Below, in pieces: positions 1-9,404 of a stretch of 64,000 nt of DNA. Made by a program: the position numbers and the translations under genes. Location of the stretch: positions 1,056,001 through 1,120,000 of the forward strand of contig CBDHDG010000006.1 of the NCBI GenBank assembly GCA_965261595.1. The letters are read 5' to 3'. The notes under the pieces are model-generated. The model saw only the letters and a list, made by a program, of their open reading frames with translations, was not told the origin of the DNA and did not search any database. The DNA comes from a bacterium (GTDB lineage Bacteria; UBA8248; JACPRG01; G963555815). Every line of letters starts with the position of its first letter. Position 1 is the stretch's first letter.

Positions 1-113
1 ATACCTGAAAAAAAAACAATCGGAGTCTTGTCCCATGAGACATGAGCCTGAACGGTAGGAGCGAATCCCACGAGAGATGAGCCTGAACAAGGGGATTTTG
101 GGATCATCGGAGG

Positions 114-334
114 ATGATCTTGAAACTGGACATCGGACGGGTGCGGACCATAGACGAGGTTCGCGATTTCATGGCCGGCAGCGACGCGGTTGACTTTCAC
201 CTCACCGACCGGCGGGGGGCGTACGACTTCGTGACGCGGACCCTGAGGCGGCTGAACTACGCCGGGTCGACCAAGGCGCGGACAAGGGGGTCGTGCGTCG
301 CTTTGTGGCGAAGGTCACGGGGTTGTCGCGGGCA
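114..334 (+). pseudogene. Integrase/transposase N-terminal remnant, frameshifted and truncated
   Basis: MILKLDIGRVRTIDEVRDF...YDFVTRTLRRLNY, then after a frameshift ADKGVVRRFVAKVTGLSRA, resembles the N-terminus of rve-type integrases. A 12-bp direct repeat ATGAGCCTGAAC lies upstream (42-53, 77-88). Confidence 0.55.
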
Positions 335-460
335 TCCAATGAGTGACAAGCAGAACTGTTGCATTCGGAAGCCCGTCTTTGGGCGAGGGACGGGTGTTCT
401 CATTTCCCATTCTCGTGCTGCGCTTGCGCGAGAGAAACGGAATCCCGTCACGTTGCGGAG

Positions 461-700
461 TGGAGTTGGCCCCATTTCGGTGGACACTTTCGCACTGTGC
501 GCAGGAGGTGTTCAGATGACAAAGACTCATTCCCCTTACGCGCCGGCGTAACGGCGCCAGATGGTCGAGCGGGTCCGCGCGGGGCGCAAGCCCGGGGAGC
601 TGGCTCGGGAGTTCGAGTGTTCCGCTTCGGCGATTCGCAACTGGGTGCGCCAGGCCGACCGCGACGAAGGCCGTCGTGAGGACGGTCTGTGGAGTTCGGG
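461..700 (+). pseudogene. IS3-family left end plus orfA fragment with a premature stop
   Basis: TGGAGTTGGCCCCATTTCGGTGGACAC at 461 resembles the end of the IS at 57878-57904. MTKTHSPYAPA*RRQMVERVRAGRKPGELAREFE...WVRQADRDEGRREDGL is similar to orfA at 57532-57846. Confidence 0.75.
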
Positions 701-916
701 GCGTGGAGGAGCTCGGGCGGATCGTTTTTCGTGAATGGAGCCGTGCGGCGGGCCGCGGTGCGGGGATGTCGGAATCAGGGTCCCGGGAGCGATAATCGAA
801 AAGCGTAACCGTTCGGCCGGGCCGTGATGGGCACAGCGTTGGAAGCATCGTCTACATTGGATGGAATCTTCCCAAGACACTGGTAACGCGATTCGGCATG
901 TGGTATTCATGTCGAC

Positions 917-3045
917 ATGACGATTCGCGCAGAAGTTGCTCAAGCGGAACTTTCGTTGGTCGAGAGGCCAGATGTCCGATGGCCTCTTCCCCCCAAGACG
1001 TCCTCATGCAGGGAGTCGGACTGGCGTTCGCTGTTCAAGCGCGAACGGGCGCGGGCGGAGGCGCGCTGCGAGGAGTTGCGGTGGGCGGAGGTGGATTCCC
1101 GCGCCCGGGCGGGTTCGCTGAAGTGGCGACTCGACGCCTGCCGGAGCAAGCTGAAGGCGGCCGTGGAGGAGACGAAGGAAGTCCGCCGAGCGGCGCAGGA
1201 CGCCCTTTCCTTGCAGGCGGAAGTGGCGCGGCTGGAGAAGCGCCTTTCGGAAGCCAGGGTCAAGTCGGCCGGGGGCCGCTCGGGCGCGTCGCCGTCGGGG
1301 GAGGCCGCCCGGCTGCGCAAGGAGGCGGTCCGGCTGACCAGGGAAGTCGCCCGGCTGGAGGACCGGCTGGCCCGGGAGACGCAGGCGTCGGAGACCGACA
1401 AGGAGACCATCAGGTGGCAGGGCCGCGAGGTCATTGGGCTCCATGCGGAGTTGAGGCGATTGCGCGACCAGGCGGAGGCGGTCAAGTCGTTGTCCGGGGA
1501 GGTCTACCGTCTGGGGGTCGCCCTGGAAGTCGCCGGATCCGCGAAGGAGCGGCTGAAGGCCCGGCTTTTGCGCGCGAGCGAGGCGGCGCGGTCGAGGTCG
1601 CCGTCGCGTGAGGACGCTGAACTGCGCAAGGCCCTGGGGAGGTCGCGCCGCCAGAAGACGGCGCTCAGGTCCCTATCCAGGGAGAACGCCCGGCTACGCA
1701 AAGCCGTGAATGCATCGCAGAGCCGGAACGAGACGCTGGAAGCGCAGCTTGCGAAGCTTCGTGCGAGCGGGGCGGTGCTGTCGAAGGCGCTGTTCGGGCG
1801 CAGGAGCGAACAGCAGGAGCGAACAGCAGGAGAGGCCGCGCTCTGAGCCGCCGGGCATGGCCGCACCCTGCGGCCCGCGCTCGAGGAGAGGACGGAAGAG
1901 CGCAATCCGCCGGCCGAGGCATGCGTCTGTGGCCGATGCGGGAAGCCCTACGTGGCCAACGGCGCCGAGGTCTCCACCATCGTCGAGATCGAAGTCTCGG
2001 CTCACAAACGCGTCATCCGCCGTCCGCGATGGCGCCGGAGGTGCGACTGCGCGTCCTCACCCACCGAAGTGTCGGCGCTCCCGGCACCGCGCCTGTTCGC
2101 AGGCACGCCCTGCGGGACCAGCGTGTGGGCGCGGTTCCTGTTCGAGCGCTATGCCTGCTTCCGTCCCCTGCGCCGGGTCGCCTCGTGGCTGTCCGCCATG
2201 GTGATGAGACTACCTGGCGCGTGCAGTCGCTTCGCGAGGAGAGCCGCTCGAGCCGGGCTTGGCTGTGGACCTCGGTCAGCGAGGACGCGGTCTACTTCCA
2301 CGTTGACCCCTCGCGCGGTGCGGAGGTCGCGAGGAAGCTGTTCGGAACGGCCGGCCTCCATACGGTCATCGTCTGCGACCGCTACAGCGCCTACAAGAAG
2401 ATGGCGCGCATTCCCGGGGGCCTGGTGACCCTCGCTTGGTGCTGGAGTCATATGCGGAGAGATTTTATCCACTGCGCGGCCGGCGAGGTGCGGCTGACGC
2501 GGTGGTGCCGGAGATGGATCGAGCGGATCGCACTGATCTATCGCCTGAACGAGGCTCGCCTGGCCCATTACGACCCCGGCCGCGACCGGCAGAGCGCGGC
2601 GTTCGACGCGGCGCAGGCCGCGCTGAAGAAAGCGCTCGACGGCCTGTTCGCGGAAGCCGGGCGGGAGTTGGCCTCCTTGCCGGAGAACGCGCGCGAGGGC
2701 AAGGCGTTGCGCTCGCTGCTGAACCATCGCGAGGGCTTGAGCGTCTTCGTCGACCGCCCGCAGACGCCGATGGACAACAACGCCGCCGAGCGCGCGCTGA
2801 GGGGACCGGTGATCGGGAGACGGCTCTCGTTCGGCTCCGACCGCGAGACCGGCGCCCGGTTCACGGCGATGATGTACTCGGTCCTCGGTACCCTCGCGCC
2901 GGGCGGCATCGACCCTCTCCGCTGGCTGGAGGCATGGCTGGCGGCATGTGCGGAGAGAGGCGGCCGGGCGCCTGAGGACCTCTCGCCGTGGCTGCCCTGG
3001 TCGATGGGCGCGGAGCGCAGGCGCGCCCTCATGGCGCCGGGATGA
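917..3045 (+). pseudogene. IS66-family transposase (TnpC-like) with a long N-terminal coiled coil; frameshifted
   Basis: Coiled coil ending LFGRRSEQQ, a Cys-containing segment, then HGDETTWRV, VCDRYSAY, CWSHMRR and PMDNNAAERALR motifs spread over three frames. A 13-bp duplication GAGCGAACAGCAG near 1804-1829 breaks the frame. Confidence 0.85.
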
Positions 3046-3049
3046 CGTC

Positions 3050-3922
3050 ATGATCGAGTGCCGCTATTACGGACGCGACTTCACCACCGAAGAGATGACG
3101 CTCCTGCGCGCGCTGATCGCCGGTCCTCCGGCGCTGAACCGCCACGCGCTCTCGAAGGAGTTCTGCCGGCGCATCGGCTGGCGCAAGCCCGACGGCGGGC
3201 TCAAGGACATGATGGCCAGGGTGACCATGCTGGCCATGCACAAAGACGGCCTGATCGCCCTGCCGCCGCCGAAGTGGCGGCAGAACCGGCCCGGGCTGAT
3301 CGTCTTCGGTCCGGAGACCGAACCACCACCGGTCCCGGCGCCGGCCACCCTGGAGGAGGTCCGCCCGCTCGACATGCAGATCGTCGTGCGCGGCACCGCC
3401 GGGGGCAAGCGGTGGAACGAGTTCGTCGCCCGTTACCACTATCTCGGCTACAGGACCCTCGTCGGCGCCCAGATGCGCTACGCCGTCCACGACCGCAACG
3501 GTTGCCCCATCGCCATGCTCGGCTTCTCCACCGCCGCGTGGAAGCTGGCCTCTCGAGACCGCTTCATCGGTTGGACGCCCGGGCTGCGCGAGAAGAACCT
3601 CCCCCTCGTGGTCGACAACCCGAGGTTCCTCATCCTGCCCTGGATCAAGATCCCCAACCTCGGTTCGCACATCCTCGCCATCGTCCGCCGTCGCCTGCCC
3701 CAGGACTGGGCCGAGCGCTACAACACCACCCCCGTGCTCATCGAAACCTTCGTCGAGACCCCCCGTTACACCGGCGCCGTCTACAGGGCATCGGGATGGA
3801 CCCACGTCGGAACCACCCAGGGACGCGGACGCTACGACAGGTACACGAGACGCGCCCAACCGAAAAAGGATATCTGGCTCCGCCCCCTCAAAAAAAATTG
3901 GAAACGAACCCTCAACAGCTAA
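3050..3922 (+). CDS. DUF4338 (DruA-like domain) protein
   Basis: Motifs RYYGRDFT, YHYLGY, GFSTAAWKLASRDRFIGW, NPRFLILPW..IPNLGSHIL and ETFVE..RYTGAVYRASGWTHVGTTQGRGR. ATG follows the transposase stop by 4 nt. Confidence 0.85.
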   Translation: MIECRYYGRDFTTEEMTLLRALIAGPPALNRHALSKEFCRRIGWRKPDGGLKDMMARVTMLAMHKDGLIALPPPKWRQNRPGLIVFGPETEPPPVPAPATLEEVRPLDMQIVVRGTAGGKRWNEFVARYHYLGYRTLVGAQMRYAVHDRNGCPIAMLGFSTAAWKLASRDRFIGWTPGLREKNLPLVVDNPRFLILPWIKIPNLGSHILAIVRRRLPQDWAERYNTTPVLIETFVETPRYTGAVYRASGWTHVGTTQGRGRYDRYTRRAQPKKDIWLRPLKKNWKRTLNS

Positions 3923-4129
3923 ATTACCCCCCCATCACGGCCCGTCCGAACGGTTACCGACAGGGACTCGCCGAGATGCGCAGGAGTTTTAACGAATCCG
4001 CTTTCATTTTGATTACGGACTGCAGAAGGCAGGTTCCGAATGAGATTGGAAATTATGTATATTCTCAATAATATCAATAGTATAATAGGATCTCACGGCT
4101 GGAAAGAACGGCTTTACGGATGAATCAAG

Positions 4130-4533
4130 ATGCAAAACGTCGTGAAGAAGGTCCGAAAGCGCAACCAGGAGGCGGTGGTCTCGGGCGCACAAAGGATCTA
4201 CGAGGCCCACAGCCGCCGGGCGGCCATCGCCGCCTTTTGGCGATGGGCCAAGCAGTGGCGAGGGCGGGAGCCCAAGGCGGTGGCGTGCATCGAGAGCGAC
4301 CTCGAGACGTTGTTGGCCCACTTCCAAGAGCCCCCCGCCCTTCGGGTCACCCTGCGCACGATAAACCCCATTGAGCGGGTCTTTCGGGAGGTGAGACGAA
4401 GAACCAGACCCATGACCGTCATGAACAACAACGAGTCCCTGGAACGCGTCGCCTACAGCGTGTTCCACCGCATTAACACCTAGTGGGAGACAAACCCTCT
4501 CTGCACTTCTACACAAAACTCGTGACATTACCC
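4130..4533 (+). pseudogene. IS256-family transposase C-terminal fragment plus right end
   Basis: PKAVACIESDLETLLAHF...LRTINPIERVFREVRRRTR, followed by an IS256-like end TACACAAAACTCGTGACATTACCC. Confidence 0.75.
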
Positions 4534-4693
4534 TGGGTGACGTGGGGCCCGCAATCCATCACGGCGGAGGCCGCGGACGGATCCGCTTTGCGCCGCGGGG
4601 CGCGACGAATTCGGTGGGCCGCCGATGCGGGAAGAATGTTCTCGGCGGGGCCGGGGCCGGGGGGGGGGGGGGGGGAGGCCCTCAGCGGTCTCT

Positions 4694-6091
4694 TCAGTGT
4701 TTCACGGGCCAGAAAATCTTACCGGGGTTCATGACGTTGCGGGGATCGAAGACCGCCTTGATTTGCTTTTGAAGCTCGATGATCTCGGGAGATTGCTCCA
4801 GGGGAAGAAACTCCGACTTGGTGATGCCGATGCCGTGCTCTCCCGAAAGCGTCCCATTCATCTCGACCGTCGCGACGAAGATGTCCCGGACCGCCTCCAG
4901 GGCGCTGGCCATCCGCGCGGGATCGCGTTCATCCGTCATTACATTGACGTGGAGGTTTCCGTCGCCCGCATGGCCGAAGGTGATGATCAGGTGGCCGCGC
5001 CGCTCGCCGATTTCCTGGAGCTTTCTCATCATTTCAGGGATGCGTGAGCGGGGGACGGTGATGTCTTCGTTGATTTTCGTGGGCTCGATTTGGAGGATGG
5101 CGTTGGCCAGACTGGTGCGCACCGCCATCAATGTCGCCGCTTCCTCGTCGTTTTCGGCGATGCGGATGGGATCGGCCCCCTTTTCGCGGCAGATGTCCCG
5201 AATGCGGTCGAGCTGCGGCGAAATGGATTCTCGGGGGCCGTCCACCTGGATGAGCAGGAGGGCCCGCGAATCCACCGGCAGGCCGGCGTGGAGTTGATTC
5301 TCCGCCGCCCGGATGCACTGCTGGTCCAGGAACTCCAACATCGAGGGGATGATGCGGGAGGCGATGATCCGCGAGACCGTCTCGGTGGCGGCCGCCGGGT
5401 CGGGGAAGGCCGCCGTCATCGTCCCCGTGGCTTCGGGTTTCGGGATGAGGCGCAGGGTTATCTCGGTGATGACGCCGAGGGTCCCCTCCGAGCCTACGAG
5501 GAGCTTGGTGAGGTCGTAGCCGACGACGCCCTTCATCGTCCGGACGCCCGTGCGGATGCGGCCGAAGGCCGGCGTGACGGCTTCCAATCCGATGATGTAG
5601 TCTTTCGTCACGCCGTACTTCACCCCCCGGGGTCCGCCGGCGCACATGGCCGCGTTTCCGCCCAGCGTGCATACCGCCCTGCTGGCCGGGTCCGGGGGAT
5701 AGAAGAGTCCGAGCTTCTCGACCGCGGCGTGGAACTGTCCCGTGACCACGCCGGGCTCGACAACGGCCACGAGGTTGTCCGTGTCGATTTCCTTGATCCG
5801 GTTCATCGCCGTGAGGTCGAGAACGATCCCCTTCTTCACGGGAATCGCCCCGCCCGTGGTGCTGGTCCCGGCGCCGCGCGGCGTGATGGGGACCTGATGC
5901 TCATGGGCGAGAGCGACGATGGCCTCCACCTCATCGGCGGAGATGGCCCGCACAACGACGTCCGGCACGGACTCCGCCCGCTGCGTGCCGTCCCGGGCGT
6001 ACGTGATGCGCTCCTCGAGGGCTTCGAGGACGCGGTCGGCGGGGAGGATATCCCGCAACCGGGCGGGCAGGTTTTCGGTCATCGCCATCAT
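4694..6091 (-). CDS. glcD: FAD-linked oxidase, glycolate/D-lactate oxidase subunit GlcD-like
   Basis: PRGAGTS, YPPDPAS, GGPRGVKYGVTKDY, GSEGTLG, GHAGDGNLH, SGEHGIG and NPGK motifs. Confidence 0.85.
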   Translation of the reverse strand: MMAMTENLPARLRDILPADRVLEALEERITYARDGTQRAESVPDVVVRAISADEVEAIVALAHEHQVPITPRGAGTSTTGGAIPVKKGIVLDLTAMNRIKEIDTDNLVAVVEPGVVTGQFHAAVEKLGLFYPPDPASRAVCTLGGNAAMCAGGPRGVKYGVTKDYIIGLEAVTPAFGRIRTGVRTMKGVVGYDLTKLLVGSEGTLGVITEITLRLIPKPEATGTMTAAFPDPAAATETVSRIIASRIIPSMLEFLDQQCIRAAENQLHAGLPVDSRALLLIQVDGPRESISPQLDRIRDICREKGADPIRIAENDEEAATLMAVRTSLANAILQIEPTKINEDITVPRSRIPEMMRKLQEIGERRGHLIITFGHAGDGNLHVNVMTDERDPARMASALEAVRDIFVATVEMNGTLSGEHGIGITKSEFLPLEQSPEIIELQKQIKAVFDPRNVMNPGKIFWPVKH

Positions 6092-6205
6092 CCCCCTTCC
6101 CCCCCCCTACGCTATCGCCGGATCAATGATTCAACCCGGTTGGACATGTTCGACAATTCCCTCCCCCCCCCCCCCTCTTTCAACCGGGTCCGAAATCGAC
6201 AAACC

Positions 6206-6784
6206 TCAAGCATTCCCCGGGAGATCCATCTCCTTCCCGTTGATCGTGATGACGCTTTTCAGTGGAACGGCCGTCCGGACCATACTCTCGGCGAAGCACC
6301 CGCCTTTGGCGTTTCGGACGAGGAGGCGAAGCCTCTCTTCGGGCGCGTCCGATTCAATTTCGAATCGTGTGCGGACCTGTCTGCATCCGGATTGCACGTC
6401 GCCCCGCAGGACGGAGCCGCTGCGGAAGTATTCCATCTCCACCCGCACCCGGGCGCTCCGCAACTCGATCTTCATCATGGAAGCGAACCGCTTCACTTGG
6501 GTCAGGAGTCAGGCGCCGATTCCGCCGGCGATATAGGTCAGGGGTTGCGGGTGCTTTCCCTCCCCGCCGAGGATCGGAGGCTCATCCACGTAGAACATCT
6601 GGTCTCCCCCGATCAGCTCGGGATCATCCCCGTCCGTTCCCTCGCCCGGGTATTCGTCCTCATTTTTCAGGATCTTCTGGTGACCCACGACGGTGTGGAC
6701 CAGCGTCTCGCCGGCCTCGCAGTCGGCGACGACAAAAGCCTCCAGTACATCCCGCCGCCCGCCGCGAGAGGATTTCAAAGGCAT
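6206..6784 (-). CDS. OsmC-like protein with an in-frame UGA at the catalytic Cys position (putative selenoprotein)
   Basis: ORFs 6509-6808 and 6206-6496 share a frame and are joined by TGA at 6509-6511: DEPPILGGEGKHPQPLTYIAGGIGA-U-LLTQ...AKGGCF. RBS GGAAAGGGGAG precedes ATG 6784. Confidence 0.8.
6480..6494 (-). promoter_or_regulatory. SECIS-like hairpin
   Basis: GAAGCG-GUU-CGCUUC perfect 6-bp stem starting 14 nt after the UGA, with G as the first loop base. Confidence 0.65.
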
Positions 6785-6829
6785 CCGCGCTCCCCTTTCC
6801 AAGAACAAACAGGTTTCCCGCCCGCGATC

Positions 6830-7291
6830 CTATTTGTCGAGGGCGAACTGATAGGAGGCCGAGAGGATCCGCATGATCACGTCCAACTCCGCCGCGTCCC
6901 GCGGGCCGTAGACCAGAACCGTCTGCCTCGGGCTTTGTCCTCGAATGACGTTCGGGTGCATCTCCCCCCACCCCTTGTCCAGAAGCTCCCGCACGTCTTC
7001 TTCGGGGAGCGTCATGTGCATGCTCCCGTCGTAGAGCGGGTGGATGTGGGCGAACTCCCCGCCGAACATGAAGGCCTCCTGGCGGCGGTGCGCGCTCTCT
7101 TCGCTGAGCCAGAGCGCTTCGGCGCCCGGGACGGAGAGCTCGCTGGGGCGGCGCTCGACGTGCGGCAGGGCGAACGCCTGTTCCTTCAGTTTTGCGTAGA
7201 TCTCGGCGGGCGGGTTCTGGTCGAGCTGTTCGTGCGGCTGGTCCGGGGATGTCTTGGGTTTCTCTCCGGAGCGTTGGGGCAGCTTGAGCAT
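6830..7291 (-). CDS. DUF5519 / luciferase-domain-like protein
   Basis: EFAHIHPLYDGSMHMTLP, GWGEMHP and LVYGPRD..EL motifs. Confidence 0.7.
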   Translation of the reverse strand: MLKLPQRSGEKPKTSPDQPHEQLDQNPPAEIYAKLKEQAFALPHVERRPSELSVPGAEALWLSEESAHRRQEAFMFGGEFAHIHPLYDGSMHMTLPEEDVRELLDKGWGEMHPNVIRGQSPRQTVLVYGPRDAAELDVIMRILSASYQFALDK

Positions 7292-7478
7292 CGAGACCTC
7301 TCACGGCGAGGGATGGACCATCGGCCGTCCGGTTTCTCTGATTGGCGGTTCATCGAACAGCGTAGCACAGGGGGGGGCCGCCATCGCCAAACCATTCGAG
7401 CGCGGGCGGATGGACCGTCTTCAAGGGCCTTCCCGAGTCAACCGGTCCGTGGGCGAAGGATGTCCCCTGAAGATTCTC

Positions 7479-7907
7479 CTAAATCCGTCCCAGCCATACG
7501 CCCAGGAAGAAAACGATGGCGATCAGGTGGATGTTGATGACCATCCAGCGTTTCCGGTTCTGTCTCATCGATTCCAGCGCCTTGACGGGCGCCAGGACGC
7601 CGAAGGCGATGAAGAAGATCCCCAGCGCGAGAATGACCTTGATCCCCAGGATGGAGTGATAGAGCGGCCGGGGGACGCCGGCTCCGGTGACCACAACGAG
7701 CATCCAGATGCCCGTCAGGACGAGCAGGGCGATGACTATCCAGATCATCCGGCCGAACCGGGGGATGACCCCGCCCATCAGCTTTTCGGCCGCCTCGGGG
7801 TCGATTCCCCCCATGGAGGGCATGAGCGCCCAGAGGGCGAACGCAACCCCGCCCATCACGATCCCCGCGGATGCGACGTGAAGAAACTTGATGATGACAA
7901 AATCCAC
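7479..7907 (-). CDS. Small multi-pass membrane protein (CopD/DUF2269-like)
   Basis: GGAGG RBS before GTG 7907, four hydrophobic segments, and a FLHVASAGIVMGG start. Confidence 0.65.
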   Translation of the reverse strand: MDFVIIKFLHVASAGIVMGGVAFALWALMPSMGGIDPEAAEKLMGGVIPRFGRMIWIVIALLVLTGIWMLVVVTGAGVPRPLYHSILGIKVILALGIFFIAFGVLAPVKALESMRQNRKRWMVINIHLIAIVFFLGVWLGRI

Positions 7908-8114
7908 GAGCCATCCTCCCCACTTCTGTGAATTCCAAGGCGCCTCTTTTGCCGAGGCGGCCGGGCGCCAAGCGTTTCCCGTCGCCGTCCACCAGTCTAA
8001 CAGGCCGCGCCCAATCGCGAAACGCGGGGCGGAAGCGGGTCGTGCCCTCATTTGAAACTTTCTGTTAAAGTTGCCTCAGAGATAGCGACTCCACAAAACG
8101 GGGGAGGAAACACA

Positions 8115-8411
8115 ATAGCGGAAGAACGGAAAAAACAGTACGGGCAGTTAATCGCCAAGGCGTGGACAGACGAGGAGTTCGAGGCCAGGCTCAAAGCCGA
8201 TCCCAAGGCCGCGTTGAAGGAAGTGGGGATCGATGTTCCTGAGGGCCATGCGGTTCATGTACACGAAGCGGCCTCGGATGAGCACCACCTGGTCATACCC
8301 CCCAAACCCGCCGGTGAGCTCTCGGACGAGGACCTGGATAAGATGGCGGGGGGAGCGGCGGCTTACGACCGCCTTCAGCGATTGCCCTGCGGACCGTTTT
8401 ATTTCAAATGA
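8115..8411 (+). CDS. NHLP (nitrile hydratase leader peptide) RiPP precursor; start codon reads ATA
   Basis: LIAKAWTDEEFEARLKADPKAAL...HLVIPPKPAGELSDEDLDKMAGG leader followed by core AAAYDRLQRLPCGPFYFK. GGAGG RBS lies 7 nt upstream of ATA 8115. Confidence 0.8.
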   Translation: MAEERKKQYGQLIAKAWTDEEFEARLKADPKAALKEVGIDVPEGHAVHVHEAASDEHHLVIPPKPAGELSDEDLDKMAGGAAAYDRLQRLPCGPFYFK

Positions 8412-8990
8412 GGACACTACCGGGAAGCGGATGTTGGGCAAGATCCGAATTTTCTCTTGATTTGTCATCGGTTTCTATGTCTTAATGGTTGCGGAAGAAC
8501 TCTCGGAATTCTGAAAATCCAGTGTGTTACGGGTTTTTCCTCTTCCCCGCAACGGGGAAATTCCGGAGGCCCTTCAAGGCGATGAAAAAAACTCCTGTCC
8601 AGAATTCTCAGGCATGGGCGCAGCGCATCGGCCGCGTCACGCCGCGCAGGCTGATGAAGTTTCGTACGCGCGGCCGGCCATAGTCCAGCGGACAGGGGTT
8701 TCGACCCAAATCCCGCCACCACATTTTTGATTCGGCACCACCTCGAAATCCCTGATCTCGATGAATCGCGCCCGGCGGCTCCGCCGGCCTGATGGATTTG
8801 GTGTGTTCATTCAGCGTGCGGGATGAAGCCGCTTGTGAATGTTCGGCCGGTCCGGCGAGCGCTTGAGCAAGGGATCAACGAACGATGATCCATGAAACAG
8901 CCCGGCGAGGCCGTTTTCATTGAGGGTGTTCTCCCGGCCGGCCAACCGGCCGAAGTCCAGTCAGGGGGGGAGTCCTCTCACACGGAGTGA

Positions 8991-9374
8991 ATGGAAGCCA
9001 TGGCGACAAAACCCAGAAAGGTCAGACAACGGGCGACGGTGAAAGTCTTTCGCTACGACTCCGAGAACAACCCGGAGCCCTACTACGACACCTACGATGT
9101 TCCATTCGACCCCCAGAACAGCGTCCTGCAGGTTTTGACCGATATTCGGGAGGAACACGACCCGACCCTGGCGGTGCGCGAATCCTGCTGGGTGGGGTGT
9201 TGTCTCATCTGCACGTACCGGGTCAACGGAAAATCAAAGGTCACTTGCCGCACGCGGATGGATCAGGAGATGGTGATCGAGCCCCTGAAAAAGGAGCGCG
9301 TCGTCCGGGACCTGATCCAGCTCGAGCGGATGGACGTGGAAAACCGTGATGACGATGTCGGCGGGGAGGAATAG
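8991..9374 (+). CDS. 2Fe-2S protein (SdhB/FrdB N-terminal domain only)
   Basis: VKVFRYD, SVLQVLTDIREEHDPTLA, SCWVGCCLIC..VNG....C and IEPL....VVRDL motifs; no 4Fe-4S domain. Confidence 0.8.
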   Translation: MEAMATKPRKVRQRATVKVFRYDSENNPEPYYDTYDVPFDPQNSVLQVLTDIREEHDPTLAVRESCWVGCCLICTYRVNGKSKVTCRTRMDQEMVIEPLKKERVVRDLIQLERMDVENRDDDVGGEE

Positions 9375-9404
9375 GCCCCGAGCCGTTTCACAAGGAGCTT
9401 CGAG

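Larger units (their letters stand above)
805..3957 (+). mobile_element. IS66-like element (degenerate transposase plus DUF4338 passenger)
   Basis: 27-bp terminal inverted repeats GTAACCGTTCGG(C/A)CGGGCCGTGATGGG at 805-831 and 3931-3957 (26/27 match, GTAA ends typical of IS66). No clear target duplication. Confidence 0.85.

Noticed and set aside
3050..3922. Druantia defence system
   Set aside because: No DruE helicase or other dru genes are present, and the gene sits inside IS66 ends.
5090..7537. 815-aa plus-strand ORF and similar long antisense ORFs (e.g. 9234-11198, 31766-33901, 50852-53335)
   Set aside because: These are shadow ORFs opposite well-supported genes in high-GC DNA, with no recognisable motifs.
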